IMG/VR virus record: IMGVR_UViG_3300047666_001043
Location: 1 to 29,606 of that record
Source: a virus
Taxonomy: Duplodnaviria > Caudoviricetes
DNA: 29,606 nucleotides
Direction: 5' to 3' (one strand)
Both the position numbers and the translations under genes were made by a program. Under the pieces are notes generated by a model. It saw only the letters and a list, made by a program, of their open reading frames with translations. It did not search any database and was not told the origin of the DNA. This document shows, piece by piece, positions 8,083-17,000 of the stretch. Within the stretch, counting starts at the first letter, position 1, and the number at the start of each line of letters is the position of its first letter.

Positions 8083-11000
8083 TTAGACTACCGCTCTCGA
8101 GTTCGAAGCACGACGTGCTAACTTACGAACCGATGAAGTAAACGGTCGACCTTCAATTCGACCTGTTCTACCGTTAATTCTTAGACCTCTTGCGAAGTAC
8201 TGGTTATTCAATTCATCAGCACCTGACCAACGAATTCGACCACCGCTTTCATTGAGTACCGAAGCAATCGCTGATATAGCTTGACCAAGGTTTCTGAAGT
8301 TAAGCGGTAACGCGTTTCTGTTAACACCAGCCGATGCACCGTTGAACTGGTGAGCAATGGATTCAACCAACGATCCGAAGATTAACGTTTCAGGTCTTAG
8401 TACGTTATCTTTAAGACAATCATCAAATAATCCGTTAATCATTGCTGTATGTTCAGCATCAGGTGATATATTGGTTGTGATGTATGTTTTCATCTTATCC
8501 CATGCACCTGTAAAGGCATCAAGCAGATCAGTATTGTTTGCACCTTCTAAGGTCCATAACTGTGTAGTACCATTCCAATAGTATATATCGCCGGCGTAGA
8601 AGTTAGTTGCGTAATCAGTGGCAACAATATAAGACCAATTTGGTTTCATTCCAGTAATACTACTTAGATCAGCATATGCATTAACCGAACCTTTATACTT
8701 CAGTCCTTGCATTGTTGGATTAAAGACTGGGAATACGTGAGTTCCATCATAGTTAAAGAACGAAGCACAATATGTTCTTACCGAGTTCTGTGAACCATTA
8801 TCACTGTATGTTGGAGCAGCAACGTCTGGGTTAAACTTATCATATGCAAAGTCATTATAAACCGCAGTTAGTAAGTTCCTAGCATCTCTTCGAGTTAAGT
8901 TAATATCAATAAAGTTATAAGCAGAGTTAACGTGTCTTACAGTATCTCTCTGTAATTGCTTTCTTCTCTGTTCAATAATATTTTGAGCATCTGTAAATAT
9001 AGCATTACTATAAGTGTAATCTGGCTCTTCCTTAACTGGTAAGTACTTAGTGTCATTATACAATTGAGTGTTGTAGAACATATTAGCTAATTTCTCAACC
9101 TTCTTGCTTTCAACTAATGTTGCCAATTCACCGAGTATTACCTGTCCTGGGTATTCACCTAATACAATATCCTTACAAATTCTACCTAACTGACGATATG
9201 ATTTAGCAGTTGGTATTCTCTGACCTTCAGGTAATCTGTAAACTGAATTCCAGAAGTAGAAATCTGCGTTCCATCTCGAAGCAGTATTACCACCGAAGTT
9301 CAAGTCGAAGCTGAATGCATCAAGTAAGTAACTAGTATCTCTGATACATTTTGCCTTACTATAATCAAGTACCTTAAAGCTACTGTTAATAAAGTCAGTT
9401 ACATCAGAAGCAAGTTCTTCAGTATTATCAACAATCTTCTGACCAGCAGTACTCAACTCAGTAGGAATCCAACTTGCGGTTGATACAGGTCTTGGTTGTT
9501 CATCTTGATCATCAGCTCTAATTACCTGTTCAATAATTCCTACTAAGTCATGAACCGCTGTACCTTCACTTGCCGTAGCAGCAGTACCTACTAGATTCTG
9601 AGGAGTTAATGTATATGTACTTGCGTTCGTTACAGGAGTTTCCTGAACTACTTGCTCAACTACATCACCAAGTAATTGTAATATATCTGCATATTGATTT
9701 TTAGTATCTACTGGAAGTACTGATACTCCATTCTCAAAGTAAATACCTGCAGATTGTAAGGTAGCAAAATTTGTATCATGTTGTATGTCATGTGATATTG
9801 CATCAAGTACGTATCCGATATCTCTTCTACATTTTGCATCAGGGAAACTGAGTGCATTCCAAGTAGTTGATAGATAAGTAATTACCGCTTCTGATAATAT
9901 GTCAGATCTTCTTTCTGCAATTTCCTTGGCAGTAACATAATTGTCTCCCATCCAAGTTTGTAATACATCAATTCTTTCAGGTATTGTATCTCTTGTTTCA
10001 ATATTATCATCAACCGCGTTAGCAACAATTTCAGCAAGAGATCTTGCGGCAATTGAAGTATTAGGATTGGCACCAACAGCTCCAAAGTCTTGAGGAGTAG
10101 TTGTTTGATAAGAAGGTATACCATTCCAGTATTTGTATTTCGTTACAATATCACCAGTATAGTATTTTCCTGTTCTTGGATAAAGAGTAGTAGTAATATC
10201 CTTACCACCTACAACATGTTCAATAATTTTTCCAAGGTGTAAGAATGCATCTCTTGTACCCATTCTCTGTTCAATTTGTAGGCCAATGTTTACAGCATTG
10301 TTAAAATACATTCCTGCAGTTTGAACTGTTGCTGCGTTACCACCGTATTGAATATCGTGTGATATTGCATCGATGATATAACCTGTATCTCTTCGACATT
10401 TGCTTTCACTATACGGAAGTACTTTGAAGAACTCTGAAAGATAAGCAAGTAGTCCTGTACCAACTGAATCCTTAATTCCCTCAAGTTGAGTATATGCTGT
10501 AGAATTAACAGATGTCCATACCGCGTTGTTTGGATCAGGGAACACTTGAGCAGGTGCCATTAACATTGAACCTGATGTAATTGCAGTTGCGGTAATATCA
10601 AATAAGGACTCAACTTCTTCACCAACCGCCAACAGAGAAGATCCACCTGCGAAGGATTGTGTTTCAGCGTTACCTGCTGATTTCAATCCAGCAATATTGA
10701 TATCTCTTGCGATTAGCTGAGCACAATCACCAAGGTGAGCAAAGGCAGCAGCCGATGGTTCAATCTGCGCTAAAGGTAAACCAACATTAATACCATTTTC
10801 AAAGTAAAGTTTGGTAAAGTTTAGAGTAGCAAAGTTTCCACCGTATTGAGCATCATGTGCAACAGCATCGATTAAGTAACCTGTATCTCTTTCACACTTA
10901 GCAACATCGTAACTATGAGACGGACGATTTGCAGCAAGCCATGCTGTAATCTCTGCCTGTAAGAATACTTTGTTATTCTGTAACTGAGATCTTGCATTAA

Positions 11001-14000
11001 TTCTTTCAGTTGAAGGTGAAGTATTTGTATAATCAATTGCGTTAGCAGCTGACCTACCGTTTTGCATAATATCAATAATTTCGTTAAACGATGCTTTAGT
11101 TCTTATCTTCAGTGCACCATCAGTAACCGCGTTGATTGCTTTATCTCTTGCGAACTCGATACCTTTAATAGTTTCAACTAACTGTTCGTTAATAACTTTG
11201 TTAGTACCTGCAGTTTCAATTCTATATGCAACTCCATTAAGTACAGAGTTATGATTACCACCAGTTAGAATATCAACCTTAACAGCATCAATTAACAAAC
11301 CAACATCTCTCTTACATTTGTCACCGTCAAACACGTAGTAACGATCCTGGAGATATCCTTGAACTTCTTCGATAATGAAGTCTCTGTTTCTTTGTAATTG
11401 CTTTCTTGCCAATGTTCTGTTAGGATCAAACGAAGCCTTAACCAATGTTGGCATTTCTGCTGCTTCAATATTTGTCTTATCAATTAGATTAGCAATTGCG
11501 TATATCAATTGAGAAGATTCGCCTGACTTAGCAACACTTGCCACGTTACCAGCTATAATATGATATGGGCCTGTACCAATTGCGTCTGCATCAGCAGATA
11601 CGAACGTATGTGGTTGTTGTCCTGAACCACCTGTTCCAACATTCATTGTGATTGTTGTAGCAGTGACAGAAGTAATCGTTACAGCCTTGTTATAATAAGG
11701 ATGATGTTTCTGTGGTGAAGTATGGTTAGCAACGCCTGAACCCATATCACAACTAAACACAATTCCTTCTGGCTTTAAGTATATCTTGTTGCCAACGTCA
11801 AGTGTATGAGATCCGATATCAGCAGTAAACACACCAGTCGCAGGAATGTAACTTGCAGTTGATACACCGAACGTTGTACCTACTGTAGTTTGCTGTACAC
11901 CAGCAGTAATAGGACCAACCATACTACCAAGTCTATTAAAGGCAAGTTTAGTTGGTTTACGCTGTTCGTAAGGCAATACATTAATTGCTTCTCTTAAACC
12001 TGAAACGTTAGCAGTATCTTCGTAATTAGATAACGTTTTCATTTGACCTTTTACTTCAAGAGGTAAAACGTTAGTTGAACGTTGCTGTTCGTAATCAGCA
12101 GATGCACTATCGAATCGTCTGAAGTAATAATCAAATACTTCTAATAGATTTTCGTTTCCGCCGTATTCAATATCACGAGATAAAGCATCAACCATGATAC
12201 CAACATCTCTTTCACAAACTTCCTTAGCATAAGGTAATCCGTTATGTTCATCTCTTAAGTAATCAATTACCGCTAATGATAGATTTTCTGTTTGTCCATC
12301 AATTGCAGCATGAGCTCCAATCATAGCAGGTTCAACAGCAGGCTCAATATAATCAGGAAGGTACTTAAGTGAATCATCACTAATGCATTGAGTTACAATG
12401 TTAACTCTATCTCTTGCCAAGTTAGCAACTTCAATACTGTAGTCTGTTCCTGATACGTCTTGAACAGTAACATTACCAGTACTTGGAGTAATTGTATTAT
12501 CACGTACGATATTCCAAATAACGTCAGCAATATGTTCCCATGTTTTGTATGTAGGTTCCTTTTGATCTGCAGACAATACTGAGTTTGCATTTTCAAAATA
12601 TAACCTTGCGAAATTAACAGAACAAGTATTACCACCAAACTTAACATCTTGTATTAATCCATCAACCAAGTAACCTGTATCTCTTTCACAATCAGCAACT
12701 GTATAATTCAGAGCAGGATAGTTAACAGCAATAAACGCGGTTGTTTCAGCAATAATAAACGCTCTATTTAGAACCAGGATATTACCTGCATCATTATGGT
12801 TATTACTTAACGCAGCAGTTGAACCCCATTGTTTTGTACCAATGTTTGCTGGACCATTCTGCATAATATCAATGATCTTATCAAAATGTTGATTCGTTCT
12901 TGTTAGTGCAGTACCAGTAACATTAGGATCTGCCGCAACCTTACCTTTAAGGAAATTGATTGCTGCAACTGTTTCTACCAACTGATCGTTAATAACTTTG
13001 TTAGCGCCTACAGAACCGGTTCTATATCCTAGACCCATGAACTGCGAGTTCCAAGTAGAGTTTGTTGCCATATCACGTCTTACGGCATCAAGAATAAATC
13101 CTGAATCTCTGGAACATTTTTCACCATTGAATACAAAGTATTGAGTATCAAGATATTGAGATATATCTTTTGCCAAGAACTCTTTGTTCTGTTGTAATTG
13201 TTCTCTTGCGTATTGACCTTGTGAATTGTAAGTAACCTTAGTAACAGCGTCCTTAATTACACTTACGAATGTATGAGTTCCACCTGAAGTTGCACCAAGG
13301 TTAACAGTTACATCGTTACCACTAACAGCAGTAATTGCCATCGGCGTCATGTAATTTACATCGCCTTTTCTTGGGTATGAATGTTCTGTTGCATCACCGT
13401 CTAAAGTACAAGTAAACGTGAAACTGTATGGAGCAAACTCAATATAATCTTCTGTAGTTAAACCATGGCCTGCCTTTAATGTAATAACTGATAAACCAGT
13501 ACTTGGTACAAATGTAGCAGTTGTTGGAGTAAAGTGCTTAACATGGGAAGCAGGATCTGTAAAGTATAATCCATCTGTATCAATTGCCCCAACGTCCGCT
13601 CTAACAAAGGTATGGGTCCCACCGGTACCTATTCCAATGTTCATTGTAATTGTATCAGTAGTTACTGCAGTAAGTCTTACAGGGGTCTTATATGCAGGAT
13701 GGTGTATTGCTGGTGCAGCATGTTCTGTAACACCTCCATCTAAAGTACAAGTAAAGATAACTGAATTTGGTTTGATAACAACTGTATCACCAGCAACTAA
13801 ATTGTGTTTTCCGATACTTGCCACAAACACACCAGTAACTGGATCGTAAGTTGCATCGTATGGAGTATATGTTGAAATATACTTAGCAGATTTAACACTG
13901 TCACTTAAGGCAGATACAAAAGTATGAACCGATGTATCAGTGCTTAATCCTGCATTAATTGTAAACGATGTAGAAGTAACTGCTGCAACCACAACTGGTT

Positions 14001-17000
14001 TCTTATATGCAGGATGTTGTCTTTCACCTTTGATTGCACCAGTGACAGCAGATACAAAAGTATGAACTCCACCACCGTTAGCAACCGCACCGACTTGACA
14101 TCCAATTACATTTCCGCTTACAGAAGTAATCTTAATTTTCTTCTTGTAAGTACTTGTATGATGCGGCTCAGGAATAGCATGATTTGTTAAATTGCCATCG
14201 AGAGCACAACTAAATGTAACACCTCGAGTTGCGATTTCAATTTCATCACCAATCTTTAATTTATGAACTCCGATATCTGCTGTAAACTCGCCTGTAGCAG
14301 GATCGTAAGTAGCAGCCGTTGGAGTAAAGTTTGTAATTGTAGTAGTTGGGTAACTATGTTGCGTTGCGTTAGCATCAGTTGCACAAGTAAATGTTAAACT
14401 GTTAGGAGCAAGTAATACTTCAGTACCAACTTGTAAATCGTGAGCACCAACTGTTATTTCTACTAAACCAGAAACAGGATCGTATGTTGCGTTGGAAGGA
14501 GAATATGTTTTGTTCGCAGAACTCAATATACCCTTAATTTTATCAATTGCTTGGTCTGATCTGTGTGTTGAAGCAGCATCCGATAAACCAACCGATATTA
14601 CTTCTGTAATTGAATTAGTTAAAGCAGATACGAAGGTATGTGGATATTGTCCTGTTCCACCTGTACCAACATCCATTATAATAGTTGTAGAAGTAACTGC
14701 CTCAATCGGACAAGGATGATTAAAGTAAGGATGATGAGAAGCAGGAACGGCGTCGTTTTGAACTCCACTTCCTGTATCACAACTAAACGTAATACCACCA
14801 TTTGAGAATCTTATATAATCTCCAGGCTGTAAACTATGTTGACCAATCGTTGCTTCAAATTTTCCTGTGGCAGGATCGTAGGTTGCAGTTGTTGGAGTAA
14901 AGCTTGCAGCGGCAGGAGCAGGTGATATTGCATTAGCAACAGCAGATACAAACGTATGTGGGAATTGACCCGTTCCACCTGTACCAACATTCATCGTAAT
15001 TGTAGTAGAAGATACGGCTGTGATAGGACATGGTGCGTCATGGTATGGATGATGCGATTCAGGAACCGCATGGTTAGTAACTCCACTACCTGTATCACAA
15101 CTAAACGTAATACCTTCACTCGCAAAGTTAACATAATCACCAATGGCCATTGGATGAGTACCAACCGTGGCAACCATAATTCCAGTAGCAGGATTGTATG
15201 TAGCATCTGTTACTGTTAACTGAGCAGCAGGAGTAATACTTCCCAAATCTGTTTTCAGTTTTTCCATTGCACCGAGTGTTTGTGGCAATTGATTATTAAT
15301 TACGTTATCAGCAAGGGTAGTACCTGAACGATAAGCAATACCTGTTTGGATTGCGTTATAGTTCGAACCAGTTAGAATATCTCTTTCAACTGCAGGTAAG
15401 ATATATTGTTCAGTATCACGACGACACTTTTTAGAATCGTATCTGTAATATGTAGTCTCAATATATCCATCAATCATATCTTGAATGAATTCTTTGTTTC
15501 TTTGTAATTGCTTTCTTGCATTTCTATTAGCAGCAGGAATCCCAACATCATCACTCCAAACAATATCATCTCCTAGAGTAGATACAGCGTTAGGTAAAGC
15601 GACTACGAAGTTATGCTTATCGACAATTGCCGACTTACCAACATTAATTGTGATTCGATTAGGTGTTGCACCAATTACTTCAAGTGGAGTACCTGCGGCA
15701 GGATCACCAGCTCGAGGATATCCAGTTCTTGTTTTATTATTATCTCTATCACAAGTAAATACTAAACCACCTGTTTTAAGTAATACGTATCGGCCTGCAG
15801 ATAATCCATGTCCTGCTATAATTGCTTGTGGTGTTGCAGAAACAAATGTATGAGCAACCTGTCCTGTTCCACCTGTACCAACATTCATACGAATAGTTGT
15901 TGAACTTACTCCAATGATAGGACAAGGTTTGTTATAGTATGGGTGATGAGCTTCAGGAACCGCATGATTCGTTGCTCCACTTCCCATATTACAACTGAAG
16001 GTAATACTTTCTGGTTTGAACCAAACGGTTTCACCTGTCTTGAGTGTATGTGAACCTACAGTCACTTCCATGATTCCTGTAGCAGGATCGTAGGTTGCGT
16101 TTGATACCGTAAGTCCGGTTTGTGGCTGAAGTGTGATAACTGATAAACCAGAAACTGGATCATAAGTAGCAGCCGTAGGTGTAAATTGTTTTCCTTTATT
16201 TTCAAGGATTTCTAAAATATTATCGTAAGCATCGTCAAGACGATCTGAAGCAACAAATGAATCTCCGTCAATCAATTTGTTAGTCTGATCTTTTAATCTC
16301 TTATAAGCAGAAACTGTTTCGTTGTTCTGATTTTCCATAACAGTTTTTGCAGCAGCCATGTAATATGCACGACCTGCAGTAACAGAGTTATAGTTTGTGT
16401 CGAACATCATGTCGTTCTTAACAGCAGGTAGAATATAATCAGATACATCTCTACGACAAGCTTTGCTATCGTAAGCATAGAACTCATCGTTGTTCTCTAT
16501 CCAATTAATAAGACCATCTGAAATTACTTTTTTGTTGTCTTGTAGAAGTTGTCTGGCTGAGGTATAAGGAACAGAAGTATCCTTCCATATAATCGGGTTG
16601 ATGTTCTCTTCGCCGTTCACCAGGACATTCAGAAGTTCCCTGAAAGAAGTTTCGATACGTTCGTTGATTTCAACATTACCAGTTGCGAATACTCGCTTTG
16701 TTTGATCTCTTAAGTATTCAAGTGCACCTTTTGTTTCTTCAAGCTGTTCACCTGGGACAACATAACTGATTGGTGATCTATAAGTAATACCACCGAGTCT
16801 TCCCCAATAGTTCGTATCGAGTGCAATGTCATATCCTGTACCGTCAAGTACAATTCCTGAATCTCTTAAACATTTTTCTGAATCGTATTCTTGATAGCCT
16901 AATCCGCCATTTACACTATTAGCTGTTAAGTATTCAGATACGTCATTGATAATATCATCTGCGGCGTAATCAATTGATTCTGCAAACGCAGTGTTACCAA

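Noticed and set aside
8080-8087. TCTAAATA overlapping the giant gene's stop codon as a late promoter
   Set aside because: It mismatches the consensus and is largely accounted for by the TAA stop plus AT-rich flank, so it is not supportable alone.
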